In this document: piece by piece, positions 28,571-38,038 of the stretch
Numbering within the stretch: position 1 is the stretch's first letter
How the letters are laid out: each line of letters starts with the position of its first letter
Assembly (NCBI GenBank): GCA_040390065.1
Contig: JAZJZE010000001.1
Coordinates: 357,769 to 421,768, forward strand
DNA from: a bacterium
Lineage (GTDB): Archaea > Thermoplasmatota > E2 > JACPAO01 > JAHFTW01
Direction: 5' to 3'
DNA length: 64,000 nt
The notes under the pieces: model-generated
What the model was told of the DNA's origin: nothing
Databases searched by the model: none
Seen by the model: the letters and a program-made list of their open reading frames with translations, nothing else
Translations under genes and position numbers: made by a program

Positions 28571-29035
28571 ATGGCAAAACGCGTCATCGTCAACGTCGGC
28601 GCCGCCCGCCGCAAGCTGCGCAAGGCAAAGGCGGTCATCGAGACCCGCTCCAAGAAGGAGTTCCTGTACCGTGGCAAGAGCCTCGCAGAGTTGCAGGCCA
28701 TGCCCCTGGACCAGGTGCTGCCCCTGCTGCCGAGCCGCACCCGCCGCCTCTACACCCGCGGTGTGAAGCCGGAGGAGAAGCGCTTCCTCGAGAAGGTCGA
28801 GGCCGCCAAGCCCGGCGAGGTCGTGCGCACGCACTACCGCCACATGGGCATCCTGCCGCGCTTTGTCGGCAAGATCGTCGCCGTGCACAACGGCCACGAG
28901 TTCCAGAACGTGACGGTCCAGCCGGAGATGATCGGCCACCGCCTCGGCGAGTTCGCGATCACCACGAAGGCCTGCATCCACTCGGGTGTGGGTGTCGGTG
29001 CGACACGGTCGAGCAAGCATGTCCCCCTGAAGTGA
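28571..29035 (+). CDS. rps19: 30S ribosomal protein S19
   Basis: RTHYRHM.ILP, PEMIGHRLGEF, GATRSSKHVPLK. Confidence 0.97.
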   Translation: MAKRVIVNVGAARRKLRKAKAVIETRSKKEFLYRGKSLAELQAMPLDQVLPLLPSRTRRLYTRGVKPEEKRFLEKVEAAKPGEVVRTHYRHMGILPRFVGKIVAVHNGHEFQNVTVQPEMIGHRLGEFAITTKACIHSGVGVGATRSSKHVPLK

Positions 29036-29040
29036 TTGCC

Positions 29041-29655
29041 ATGGCGACCTACTACTCCACCGTCAGCGATTCCGAAACCACCGCTCGCGCCTATGGCCGC
29101 GACCTGGACTGCTCCCCGAAGAGCGGCCGCAACGTCGCCCGCGCCATCAAGGGCATGCCCGTCGCGCGCGCCAAGACCTTCCTGCAGGAAGTTGCCGAGC
29201 TCAAGACGCCGGTCCCCTTCAAGGTCCGCAACCGCAAGATCCACCACCGGCGCGGCCAGGGCTTCGGCCCCGGCAAGTACCCGGTCGGCACGGTCACGCG
29301 TATGCTCAAGGTGCTCGAGTCCGCCGAGGCGAACGCCGAATACAAGGGGCTCGACAAGGAGCGCCTCGTCATCACGCACGCCACGGCCTACCAAGGCACC
29401 GTGAACCAGGCGTTCACGCCGCGCGCCCAGGGCCGCGCAACGCCGCACTACAACCGCAAGTGCAACTTCGAGGTCATCGTCAGCGTCATCGAGGAGGACG
29501 AGGAGTCGGCGTCGCCCCGCAAGGGCCGCGCCGCCAAGTCCGCCAAGACCGCGAAGCCGAAGGCAGAGAAGGGCGAGAAGGCCGAGGCCAAGGGCGCCAA
29601 GGCCGACAAGCCGGCCCCGAAGGCCACGAAGGAGTCCAAGGGAGCTGAGAACTGA
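29041..29655 (+). CDS. rpl22: 50S ribosomal protein L22 with Lys/Ala-rich C-tail
   Basis: AIKGM, GKYP, AEANAEYKGLD, PRAQGRATP. Confidence 0.95.
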   Translation: MATYYSTVSDSETTARAYGRDLDCSPKSGRNVARAIKGMPVARAKTFLQEVAELKTPVPFKVRNRKIHHRRGQGFGPGKYPVGTVTRMLKVLESAEANAEYKGLDKERLVITHATAYQGTVNQAFTPRAQGRATPHYNRKCNFEVIVSVIEEDEESASPRKGRAAKSAKTAKPKAEKGEKAEAKGAKADKPAPKATKESKGAEN

Positions 29656-30524
29656 TGGCAGTCGAACGCAAATTCATCAAGGAATCCGTCAACCGCCTCC
29701 TGGTCAAGGATTTCGTCAAGAAGGAGACCGAGCGCGCCGGCTACGGCGGCATGGACATCCAGCGCACGCCGCTCGGTACCCGCGTCAACATCGTCGCCGA
29801 GCGCCCGGGCATGGTCATCGGCCGCCGCGGCGAGACCATCAACAAGCTCACCTCCCGCCTGCACGGCGAGTTCGGCCTCGAGAACCCGCAGATCTCCGTC
29901 GAAGAGCCGAACTACAACCCCGGCTTGAACGCGCAGATCATGGCCATCAAGGTCGCCGAGTCCCTGGAGCGCGGCTGGCACTTCCGCCGCGTCGGCCACA
30001 GCACCGTCCAGCGCGTCATGGCATCCGGCGCCCAGGGCGTCATCGTCGAGATCGCCGGCAAGCTCACGGGCCAGCGCAAGCGCCGCGAGAAATTCATCGC
30101 CGGCCACGTCAAGTACTGCGGCGAGACGGCCCTCACCCTGATGGACGTCGGCTACGCCCAGTGCAAGAAGAAGCTCGGCATCATCGGCTGCACCGTCCGC
30201 ATCATGAAGAAGGACGCCCACCTGCCCGACGAAGTCAAGATCTTCGCGCCCGGCGAGAAGGATGCCGCAGAGGCAGCCCGCAAGGCCCGCGTCGCCCAGC
30301 AGGCCGCTGGCGTCCAGACCGTGGCACCCGACTTCGGCGGCGGCGCCGCAGCCGGAGCCAGCCCGCAGACCGGCACGGCATCCCCCGCCCCGGCAGCGCC
30401 GGCGGCCCCGGCCGGCCCCCGCATGCCCGCATCGTCGGGACCGGTGGAGCCGCCCTCGAAGACGGGCGACCGCCGCGAGCGCAAGTCCTTTACCGTCGGC
30501 GGCACCTCGGGAGGTAGCCAATAA
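29655..30524 (+). CDS. rps3: 30S ribosomal protein S3 with C-terminal extension
   Basis: AGYGG, RPGMVIGRRG, GKLTGQR. Confidence 0.97.
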   Translation: MAVERKFIKESVNRLLVKDFVKKETERAGYGGMDIQRTPLGTRVNIVAERPGMVIGRRGETINKLTSRLHGEFGLENPQISVEEPNYNPGLNAQIMAIKVAESLERGWHFRRVGHSTVQRVMASGAQGVIVEIAGKLTGQRKRREKFIAGHVKYCGETALTLMDVGYAQCKKKLGIIGCTVRIMKKDAHLPDEVKIFAPGEKDAAEAARKARVAQQAAGVQTVAPDFGGGAAAGASPQTGTASPAPAAPAAPAGPRMPASSGPVEPPSKTGDRRERKSFTVGGTSGGSQ

Positions 30525-30778
30525 TGCTCAAGGCCAACGAAGTCCGCGCCATGCCCAAGGAAGACCGCAAGTCCCGTCTGTCGGAACTGCGCCGGGAACT
30601 CATGCAGGAGCGCGGCATCCAGGCCATGGGCGGCTCGACGCCGAACCCCGGCAAGATTCGCACGCTGCGCCGCGAGATTGCGCGCATCCTGACCATCCAA
30701 AACGAAGATGTCCATGGTATCAAGCGTGGCCCGGCGGTCGTCGTCGCCGGCCGCGCCAAGAAGGAGTCCGCGAAGTGA
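30524..30778 (+). CDS. rpl29: 50S ribosomal protein L29
   Basis: NPGKIRTLRREIARILT. Confidence 0.95.
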   Translation: MLKANEVRAMPKEDRKSRLSELRRELMQERGIQAMGGSTPNPGKIRTLRREIARILTIQNEDVHGIKRGPAVVVAGRAKKESAK

Positions 30779-30815
30779 ATTCCGACGTCTCCCGGGCAGC
30801 CCGCGGAGGCCCGCA

Positions 30816-31109
30816 GTGATCTGCGACACCTGTGGCCTTCCCAAGGAGATTTGCGTGTGCGAGGACATCGCACGCGAGCAGCAGGAGATCCGCATCACGA
30901 CGGACTCGCGCCGCTACGGCAAGAAGATGACGATCGTCGACGGCATCGTCGACAGCACCATCAGCCTGGACAACCTCCTCTCGACCCTGAAGTCGAAGTG
31001 CGCTTGCGGTGGCACCATCAAGGAAGGCGCCATCGAGTTGCAGGGCGACCACGCCAAGAAGGTCCAGAAAGTGCTTCTCGAGATGGGATTCCAGGCCCGC
31101 GTTGAGTGA
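30816..31109 (+). CDS. sui1: Translation initiation factor SUI1 (aIF1)
   Basis: C..CGLPKEICVCE, RRYGK.MT, CACGGT, IELQGDH. Confidence 0.95.
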   Translation: MICDTCGLPKEICVCEDIAREQQEIRITTDSRRYGKKMTIVDGIVDSTISLDNLLSTLKSKCACGGTIKEGAIELQGDHAKKVQKVLLEMGFQARVE

Positions 31110-31349
31110 GCATTTCGCAGAATCCCTTCGGTCCGTCATCCATCTGGATGCCTCGCAGATTGACCAAACCGGGAAAAAACAATCCGTGGAATCTGCTCCC
31201 AGTCCGCGCCATTGCAAGACGTGCAAGAGCTCACCAGGGGGATACCTGAGATCTCGGGGGAATCTGTGGATTGGTGGCGGGTACTCCGCAACGAGCGCAC
31301 CAAGGCCTGTTCGACGGCGTTCAGGAACGTCGGCTGCCTCGGCTCTCCC

Positions 31350-31745
31350 ATGACCCGCTCGCGGCCGCAAGACTCGCCTGAGACGCAGACCATCCTCCAA
31401 GCCGCAGTCGGCATCCACAACTGGCTCGGCGGCGGCCACCCGTGGGCAGCGTACCGCGAAGCGTTGGCATGCGAGTTCGCGCTGCGCGCCATCCCGTTCT
31501 GGCGCGAGCCGTTTCGTCCCGGCCACGCCGTCGACTTCCTCTGCTCTCCGGGAATCGTCGTGGACGTGCAGCGCGACGTGGACGACGGCCGCGAACGCGA
31601 CGTGCACGAGGTGCTGCAGGAGACCGGCCTGGCGTTCGGGCTTCGCCTGGATTTCGCGGGCCCATGCCTCGAAGTGCACCAGATCTGCCTCCGTCACGGG
31701 CCCAACCTGGTTTTTCAACGGCCGGCGCCCTCGGCCGCGTCGTGA
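31350..31745 (+). CDS. Divergent GxxExxY (PD-(D/E)XK-like) protein
   Basis: ILQAAVGIHNWLGGG...YREALACEF..R.IPF, VDFLC...IVVDV, GLRLDF. Confidence 0.6.
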   Translation: MTRSRPQDSPETQTILQAAVGIHNWLGGGHPWAAYREALACEFALRAIPFWREPFRPGHAVDFLCSPGIVVDVQRDVDDGRERDVHEVLQETGLAFGLRLDFAGPCLEVHQICLRHGPNLVFQRPAPSAAS

Positions 31746-32035
31746 AGCGCACCATCCCCCGGCTCGAGGGGGCCGCGCGGGCCGTCGCCCGGGGCGAACT
31801 CATTGGCCTTGCCGTGGCCGTCGTGGAGTCGACCGACCCCGGGCTGGTGGGCTTGGCCGGCGTCGTCGTGGACGAAACCCTCCGGACCCTGGTGGTTCGG
31901 CGTGGCGATGGGCGCGAAATGCGCGTCGGCAAACCCGGGACCACCTTCGAATTCGCTTCAGCCGGCGGTCGTGTTCGTATCCCCGGCGCTGCCATCGAGT
32001 TCCGCCCCGAGGACAGGACCAAGAAGGTCCGGTAG
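31742..32035 (+). CDS. rnp1: Ribonuclease P protein subunit p29 (Rpp29/POP4)
   Basis: ELIGL.V.V..S.DP.LVG..G.VVDET..TL, RPEDR. Confidence 0.9.
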   Translation: MKRTIPRLEGAARAVARGELIGLAVAVVESTDPGLVGLAGVVVDETLRTLVVRRGDGREMRVGKPGTTFEFASAGGRVRIPGAAIEFRPEDRTKKVR

Positions 32036-32356
32036 GGGAAAACCGTCCTTGTCTGCGTGGTCGTGGTGTCGGTGGTGGTGGGCTCCGCCGTCGCCGGTGG
32101 GCGCGCCGTCGTCCGGCGCGGCGGCGTCCGCCTTGTCGCCCTGCTTCAAGGTTTGGGGCTCGATTGGCGCCGAGGCCACGGGTTGCGGCCCCTCGGCGTG
32201 GGCGCTTCCCGGGACCAAGGACTGCTGCAGGGCGGTCGGCGCGGCAAACGGCCGGCCAACCTTCCCCAGGTCCGCACGGTCGGGAAAGGCGACGACGGGG
32301 GCAAGGAGGACGAACGCCATGAGCGCGCCCAAGATGGGACTTGACAGGTCCCTCAA
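31958..32356 (-). CDS. Possible small secreted protein with His-rich segment
   Basis: Signal-like hydrophobic N-terminus and HHHRHHDH; overlaps the rnp1 3' end, so uncertain. Confidence 0.3.
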   Translation of the reverse strand: MRDLSSPILGALMAFVLLAPVVAFPDRADLGKVGRPFAAPTALQQSLVPGSAHAEGPQPVASAPIEPQTLKQGDKADAAAPDDGAPTGDGGAHHHRHHDHADKDGFPLPDLLGPVLGAELDGSAGDTNTTAG

Positions 32357-32498
32357 GGTTGCCCCTCACGACGGCGGCACGCGCGCATGCCCACGCTCTT
32401 GGCGCGGTGGGGCCAGATACCTTGCGACAAAATTGCCCGCATGGGGCCAGCGACCCCTGACCTGCAAGCTTATCGCGGGGCCCACCCTGGACGCAGCC

Positions 32499-32714
32499 AT
32501 GCCTGGAACGTATGCGGTCACGAAGCGGGGCCTCAAGGGCGAACCCCTCGAGATCCGCTGCGAGTCGCACGAGGGTTGCACCTGGACCATGAAATCCACC
32601 GGCCCCAAGTCCGACCGCGACCCCATCTTCGAGGCGCAGTGGAAGAACCACATGATGGAGGCCAAGACACCCGACGTGCAGGCCTTCGGCCACCTGCGCC
32701 GCTCCCGCAAGTAG
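32499..32714 (+). CDS. Small hypothetical protein, possibly metal-binding (C..H..C...H)
   Basis: TATA-like CTTAT ~28 nt upstream, coding-like codon bias. Confidence 0.6.
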   Translation: MPGTYAVTKRGLKGEPLEIRCESHEGCTWTMKSTGPKSDRDPIFEAQWKNHMMEAKTPDVQAFGHLRRSRK

Positions 32715-32721
32715 GTGCCCC

Positions 32722-32943
32722 GTGGACCAGCACAAGCGCATCGCCCACCTCAAGGATCTGCAGAACGAGAACGACATCCTGCTGCACCAGATGCAGGACC
32801 ACTTGGCGAAACTGCAGCGCCACCACGCCTCCCGGGAACGCGACCGCGGCATGCTGCACGCCACCAAGGCCATCGCGCGCGCCGAGAAGGAGAAGCGCTG
32901 GCTGGACAGGCAGATGCGCAACGAGTCGAAGCGTTCGAGCTGA
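32722..32943 (+). CDS. Small helical/coiled-coil hypothetical protein
   Basis: AGGTG SD-like before GTG, coding-like codon bias. Confidence 0.6.
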   Translation: MDQHKRIAHLKDLQNENDILLHQMQDHLAKLQRHHASRERDRGMLHATKAIARAEKEKRWLDRQMRNESKRSS

Positions 32944-33135
32944 TCCGCTTCACAAGGGGCCGCCGGGGCGAAGCAACGCAGTGACCGGCTACCAAATCGT
33001 GCGACGGTGGCGACGCGAATGGGGTGCCCGCATGGCCGGATTCGGGCCCTACGGAATCACCGATGACACCGATGAAACCGAGACGACCTTTGGGTGGGCC
33101 GGTGAAGCTCGCGTTTCTTCAGGCTTGCAAGGACG

Positions 33136-33219
33136 GGCGGCCTGGGAGAACAGGAACTTCGTAGAGAGAAGGAGAACGGGTTCCGGTTCTCCGGTCGTCT
33201 CCTGTTCTCCCAGGCCGCC
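33136..33219. repeat. Perfect 20-bp inverted repeat enclosing an inner hairpin
   Basis: GGCGGCCTGGGAGAACAGGA (33136-33155) / TCCTGTTCTCCCAGGCCGCC (33200-33219). Confidence 0.85.
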
Positions 33220-33310
33220 GTTGCCCGAAAGACCAGGAACCCGTGGAAAACCGGGAAAAAGCGGTTCGCTTTCTTCGGGGGCTTCCCGATCTTTCAGGCC
33301 CCCCGAAGCG

Positions 33311-33511
33311 CTTATATCCAACGGGGAGTCCCCGACTCCTAGCAACAGGTGCTGTGGCGTCTCCCGCCGCAATGCCTGGGACCGTATCTAGCCCGACAAA
33401 CGGCCGGGTCGCAGTCGTCGAGGATTCGTTACCCTCGGAGGCTGCTAAGGCAACGGAATCTTCCTCCTGGAAGACACCCGTTTCCGCCGCAACACAGGAG
33501 AAGTCAATCCC
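33311..33511 (+). promoter_or_regulatory. Internal promoter and ~170-nt leader of the rps17-rpl15 segment
   Basis: CTTATATC TATA box at 33311; CACAGGAGA SD context identical to that of rpl3. Confidence 0.55.
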
Positions 33512-33997
33512 ATGCCCAACCGCGACATCGGCATCGACGTCAAGGCTCCCGCGCGCGAGCCGGCCCCAGGCGACCGCCTGAACCCATTCAACGGCAGCCT
33601 GCCCATCCGCGGCAGCGTCATCGTCGGCACCGTCGTGTCGGCCAAGATGCAAGGCACCGCCATCGTCGAGAAGCAGCACCAGCGCCTCGTCGAGAAGTTC
33701 GAGAGGTACGAGAAGCGCACCCGCCGCTACGCTGCCCACGTCCCCTCCAACATCGACGTCCACGAGGGCGATGAGGTCTCCATCGCGGAATGCCGCCCCA
33801 TCTCCAAGACCGTGACCTTCGTCGTCGTCGAGAACCGCGGCAACCCGGCCGCCGTCCGCGCCGTCCCGGCCCGCAACGTCCCCGCCAAGCCGGAGCCCAA
33901 GGCCAAGCCCATCCCCGCGTCGGCCGAGAAGCCGGCCGCCGGCAAGGCCGCCGCCCCCGCCGCCAAGCCCGCGAAGGCCCCCAAGAAGGAGGCCTAG
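33512..33997 (+). CDS. rps17: 30S ribosomal protein S17 with Lys/Ala/Pro-rich tail
   Basis: G.VVSAKM..T, RYEKR, IAECRPISKT. Confidence 0.96.
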   Translation: MPNRDIGIDVKAPAREPAPGDRLNPFNGSLPIRGSVIVGTVVSAKMQGTAIVEKQHQRLVEKFERYEKRTRRYAAHVPSNIDVHEGDEVSIAECRPISKTVTFVVVENRGNPAAVRAVPARNVPAKPEPKAKPIPASAEKPAAGKAAAPAAKPAKAPKKEA

Positions 33998-34000
33998 GAC

Positions 34001-34402
34001 ATGCGTGGAATCCCCGGCAACGTCACGCGTGGCCTGCCCCGCGGCGCCCGCATGGAAGTCATCGACAACACGGGCGCCAAGGAAGTCGAGATCGTCATGG
34101 TCCCCAAGCTGGGCGGCGTCATGAAGCGCTACCCGGCCGCCGGTGTCGGCGACATGATCATCGTCTCCGTCAAGAAGGGTACGCCCGAGATGCGTCGCCA
34201 GATTCTCTACGCCGTCGTCGTCCGCCAGCGCCGCCCCTACAAGCGCGCCGACGGCACCACCGTCCAGTTCGAGGACAACGCGTGCGTCATCATCAACGAG
34301 GAGGACGGCGAAGTGAAGGGTTCCCAGATCAAGGGGCCCGTCGCGAAGGAAGCCGCTGCCCGCTGGCCCCGCATCGCCGCAACCGCGGCCACGATCATCT
34401 GA
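34001..34402 (+). CDS. rpl14: 50S ribosomal protein L14
   Basis: DNTGAK, FEDNACV, KGPVAKEAA.RWP. Confidence 0.97.
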   Translation: MRGIPGNVTRGLPRGARMEVIDNTGAKEVEIVMVPKLGGVMKRYPAAGVGDMIIVSVKKGTPEMRRQILYAVVVRQRRPYKRADGTTVQFEDNACVIINEEDGEVKGSQIKGPVAKEAAARWPRIAATAATII

Positions 34403-34411
34403 GGTGACACC

Positions 34412-34939
34412 ATGTTCCGCTCCCGCTCCGTCCAGAACCGCAAATTCCGCACCGCCTCCACGCAGCCCCGAAAGCAGCGCAAGGCGATGTACGACGCGCC
34501 GCAGCACATTGCCCGCAAGGCGCTGGCCAGCCACCTCTCCGAGGAGTTGCTGCTGAAGTACAACCGCCGCAGCCTCACCGTCATCAAGGGCGACGAGGTC
34601 AAGGTCCTGCGCGGCGACTTTGCCGGCAAGTCGGGCAAGATTATTGGCATCGATGTCCCGGCTCGCCGCGTCACCGTCGACGGTGTCGTGAACAAGAAGG
34701 CGGACGGCACCGAGGTCGCCCGCTCCATCCACCCGTCCAACCTGCTCCTGGTCAAGCTCAACCTCGAGGACAACCGCCGCCGCGAGAAACTCGCCGAGGC
34801 CGAAGAGTCCACGAAGATGGGCACCTCCAAGAAGGCGGCCAAGCAGCCGTCCAACAAGGGCAAGCCCGCCAAGAAGGAGGCCCCCGCCAAGGCGGAGGCC
34901 AAGCCTGAGCCGAAGAAAGAAGTGGAAGTGAAGGTATGA
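34412..34939 (+). CDS. rpl24: 50S ribosomal protein L24
   Basis: STQPRKQRK, GDEVKVLRG, IHPSN. Confidence 0.96.
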   Translation: MFRSRSVQNRKFRTASTQPRKQRKAMYDAPQHIARKALASHLSEELLLKYNRRSLTVIKGDEVKVLRGDFAGKSGKIIGIDVPARRVTVDGVVNKKADGTEVARSIHPSNLLLVKLNLEDNRRREKLAEAEESTKMGTSKKAAKQPSNKGKPAKKEAPAKAEAKPEPKKEVEVKV

Positions 34940-35658
34940 GCAAGCACCTGAAGCGCCTGGCAAGCCCGCGTTCGTGGGCGATCCCGCGCAAGACCAACGT
35001 CTACACGACGAAGCCCCGCCCCGGCGCGCACCCCATCGAGCGCGCCCTGCCCCTGGCGACCATCGTGCGCGACGTCCTCCAGCTCACCACCACGGGCCGC
35101 GAAGCCCGCCGCGTCATCGGCGCCGGCGAGGTCATGGTCGACGGCCGCGTCGTCAAGGAACCCAAGTTCGCCGTCGGCTTCATGGACGTCGTCACCGTCG
35201 TGAAGCTCGGCAAGTCCTGGCGCGTCGTCGTCGACGAAAAGGCCCGCCTCCGCCTGGCCCCCATCGAGTCGGCCCAGGCCGCGTGGAAGCTCGTCCAGAT
35301 CGACGACAAGACGACCGTCTCCGGCGGCCGCACCCAACTCAACTTCCACGACGGGCGCAACCTGCTAGTCAAGAAGGACGATTACAAGACCGGCGACGTC
35401 CTGCGCATGGAGCTCCCGTCGCAGAAGATCCTCGGCCACTTCCCCTTGAAGGAAGGCGCCCAGGTCTTCATCACGTCCGGCCGCCACGCCGGCGAAGTGG
35501 CGCCCGTCAAGGCCATCGAGGTCACGCGCAGCCACAAGCCCAACCTCATCCACCTCGCCGTCGGCGACGTCGCGTTCACGACCATCAAGCCGTACGCGTT
35601 CCCCATCGGCGACAAGTCCAACATGCCCTCCAGCACGGCGGTGAAGACGATTGTCTAA
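34936..35658 (+). CDS. rps4e: 30S ribosomal protein S4e
   Basis: KHLKRLASPRSW, QLNFHDGRN. Confidence 0.97.
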   Translation: MSKHLKRLASPRSWAIPRKTNVYTTKPRPGAHPIERALPLATIVRDVLQLTTTGREARRVIGAGEVMVDGRVVKEPKFAVGFMDVVTVVKLGKSWRVVVDEKARLRLAPIESAQAAWKLVQIDDKTTVSGGRTQLNFHDGRNLLVKKDDYKTGDVLRMELPSQKILGHFPLKEGAQVFITSGRHAGEVAPVKAIEVTRSHKPNLIHLAVGDVAFTTIKPYAFPIGDKSNMPSSTAVKTIV

Positions 35659-36364
35659 GAATGAAAACAAGGGCGAGAACACCCGCGAGAACAAGTCCGG
35701 CAAGGACGCGCAGGGCTTCACGATCAAGGCCGAGAAGGCCGACAAGCCCGCCGCCAAGCCGGGCGCCAAGAACCCGTTGGCCACCGTGTACCCGGACCGC
35801 AAGCGCGCGGCCAAGGTCGCCAGGCCGGTCCTCACCAAGATGGCCGCGGGCGCCACGAACCCGATGACGGTGCCCCGCATCGCCAAGGTCACCGTCAACA
35901 TCGGTGTCGGCGACTCCGGCGAGAAGCTGGAGAAGGCCGAGAAGGTCCTGGCCAAGCTCACCGGCTGCAAGCCCGTGCGCACGCTCGGCCGCGAGATGAA
36001 CCGCGAACTGAACGTCCGCCTCGGCCAGCCCATCGGCTGCAAGGTCACCCTGCGCGGCGAGGACGCCGACTCGTTCGTCAAGCGCGCCCTCTACACGCGC
36101 AAGAACAAGGTGTACGAGTACTCCTTCGACAACCAGGGCAACCTGCAGTTCGGCGTCACCGACTACACGAACTTCGAGGGCGAGCGCTACGACCCCGAGA
36201 TCGGCGTCTTCGGCATGGACGTCTGCATCACGCTCGAGAAGCCGGGCTTCCGCGTCAAGCGCCGCCGCATGGTCGCGGCCAAGATCCCGGCCCAGCACCG
36301 CGTCACCCGCGACGAGGCCAAGGCCTTCCTGTCCAAGAAATTCGCCATCGAGGTGGTTGGATGA
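35651..36364 (+). CDS. rpl5: 50S ribosomal protein L5 with N-terminal extension
   Basis: [35 protein letters not shown]. Confidence 0.96.
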   Translation: MSKNENKGENTRENKSGKDAQGFTIKAEKADKPAAKPGAKNPLATVYPDRKRAAKVARPVLTKMAAGATNPMTVPRIAKVTVNIGVGDSGEKLEKAEKVLAKLTGCKPVRTLGREMNRELNVRLGQPIGCKVTLRGEDADSFVKRALYTRKNKVYEYSFDNQGNLQFGVTDYTNFEGERYDPEIGVFGMDVCITLEKPGFRVKRRRMVAAKIPAQHRVTRDEAKAFLSKKFAIEVVG

Positions 36365-36522
36365 CACTGCAAATGAAGACACGCAAGGTGTACAAGGGCG
36401 TCTACGAAGGCTGCCGCCGCTGCGGCCAGATGCGCTCCATGGTCCGCCGCTACGGACTGCGCCTGTGCCGCCACTGCTTCCGCGAATCTGCGCGTGACCT
36501 GGGCTTCAAGAAGTACTCCTAG
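36361..36522 (+). CDS. rps14: 30S ribosomal protein S14 (Zn-binding type)
   Basis: Hand-translated: ...GCRRCG...[14 protein letters not shown]...LGFKKYS. Confidence 0.95.
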   Translation: MTLQMKTRKVYKGVYEGCRRCGQMRSMVRRYGLRLCRHCFRESARDLGFKKYS

Positions 36523-36533
36523 GAGGAAATGAC

Positions 36534-36923
36534 ATGCAAAACGATCCTCTCGCCGACGCTCTGACCGTTCTTCGCAACGCCGAGCGCGCATCCAAGACCG
36601 AAGCCACCATCACCCCGGCCAGCAAGCTGGTCGGCCGCGTCCTCAAGGTCATGCAGGAGCAGGGCTACATCGGCCCCTTCGAGTACCAAGACGACGGCAA
36701 GGGCGGCCTGTACAAGGTCACGCTCGTGGGCGCCATCAACAACTGTGGCGTCATCAAGCCCCGCTACGCCATCAAGGTCGGGGAGTTCGACCACTGGGAG
36801 TCGCGCTTCCTTCCGGCGCGCGACTTCGGTTCGCTCATCCTCACCACCACGGGTGGCGTGATCGACCAATACAAGGCCAAGGAGGCCGGCACCGGCGGAC
36901 GGTTGCTGGCGTACGTTTACTGA
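36534..36923 (+). CDS. rps8: 30S ribosomal protein S8
   Basis: DPLADAL..LRNAE, FLPARDFG, GGRLLAYVY. Confidence 0.97.
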   Translation: MQNDPLADALTVLRNAERASKTEATITPASKLVGRVLKVMQEQGYIGPFEYQDDGKGGLYKVTLVGAINNCGVIKPRYAIKVGEFDHWESRFLPARDFGSLILTTTGGVIDQYKAKEAGTGGRLLAYVY

Positions 36924-36932
36924 GGTGAATGG

Positions 36933-37478
36933 ATGTCCAAAGTCGCTGAAACCATCCACAAGATCCCCGTCCCCGCCGGTGTCACCGTCACGGTCGGGCC
37001 GAACAACAACAAGACCGTCGTGAAGGGCCCCAAGGGGACCCTGCAGCGGCCGTTCCGCAGCCTTTCCGTGAAGGTCCGTATGGACGGCGCCACGGTCGTC
37101 GTATCCAAGGAATTGCCCCGGCGCAAGGAGAAGGCCATGGCCGGAACCTACGCGGCGCACATCCAGAACATGATCAAGGGAGTCACGAACGGCTGGACCT
37201 ACCAGATGAAGGCCGTGTTCAACCACTTTCCCATCAAGATGACCATCCACGGCGATGCGTTCCACGTCGAGAACTTCCTCGGGGAGCGCTCGCCGCGCGT
37301 CGCACGCATCGAGCCGGGCGTCAAGATCACCGTGAAGGGCGCCGACGTCACGCTCGAGGGCGTCGACCTCACCGCGGTCTCGCAGACCGCCGCCAACATC
37401 GAAGGCTGCACCAAGATCCGCAACAAGGACATCCGCGTCTTCCAGGACGGCGTGTACATCACGAACAAGGGGGCCTAA
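36933..37478 (+). CDS. rpl6: 50S ribosomal protein L6
   Basis: VKGPKG, HFPI, NFLGE, DIRVFQDGVYI. Confidence 0.97.
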   Translation: MSKVAETIHKIPVPAGVTVTVGPNNNKTVVKGPKGTLQRPFRSLSVKVRMDGATVVVSKELPRRKEKAMAGTYAAHIQNMIKGVTNGWTYQMKAVFNHFPIKMTIHGDAFHVENFLGERSPRVARIEPGVKITVKGADVTLEGVDLTAVSQTAANIEGCTKIRNKDIRVFQDGVYITNKGA

Positions 37479-37480
37479 GC

Positions 37481-38038
37481 ATGACTCCGGACAAGAAGAA
37501 GGAATCCGCCGCCAAGAAGGCCGGCGAGAAGGCCCGCGCGAAGGCCGCAGCCAAGAAGGACACCAAGGAGCACAAGCCGGCCGCCACCGACGGCAAGCCG
37601 GAACCCAAGGCCGAGTCCTACAAGGCCCGCGCCAAGCCCAAGCTCACCGCCGACCAGAGCCAGGCCCTCGGCCTGCGCCGCGAGAAGCAGTCCAAGCGCC
37701 CAGCGTTCCGCCGCCACGAATGGTGGCGCTACGTCAAGCTCGGCGGCAAGAACGCCCCGTGGCGCGTCCCGAGCGGCATCCACTCCAAGGTGCGCCGCCA
37801 CTTCAAGTACCGTCCGCCGGTCGTCTCGATTGGCTACCGCGGCCCCGCCGACGTGCGCGGGCTGCACCCGTCGGGCTTCGAGGAAGTGCTCGTGTACAAC
37901 CCCGAGCAGCTCGCGAAGATCGACAAGACCACGCAGGCGGCCCGCATCGGCGGCACCGTCGGCGGCCGCAAGGCCAAGCTCATCGTGGAGGCCGCCGACA
38001 AGGCCGGCATCCGCGTCCTCAACCGAGGTGAGAACTGA
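37481..38038 (+). CDS. rpl32e: 50S ribosomal protein L32e with Lys-rich N-extension
   Basis: P.FRRHEW, WRVPSGIHSK.R, RGLHPSG. Confidence 0.96.
   Translation: MTPDKKKESAAKKAGEKARAKAAAKKDTKEHKPAATDGKPEPKAESYKARAKPKLTADQSQALGLRREKQSKRPAFRRHEWWRYVKLGGKNAPWRVPSGIHSKVRRHFKYRPPVVSIGYRGPADVRGLHPSGFEEVLVYNPEQLAKIDKTTQAARIGGTVGGRKAKLIVEAADKAGIRVLNRGEN

Noticed and set aside
33049-33372. 107-aa minus-strand ORF
   Set aside because: Overlaps the inverted repeat and the rps17 promoter; composition is not coding-like.
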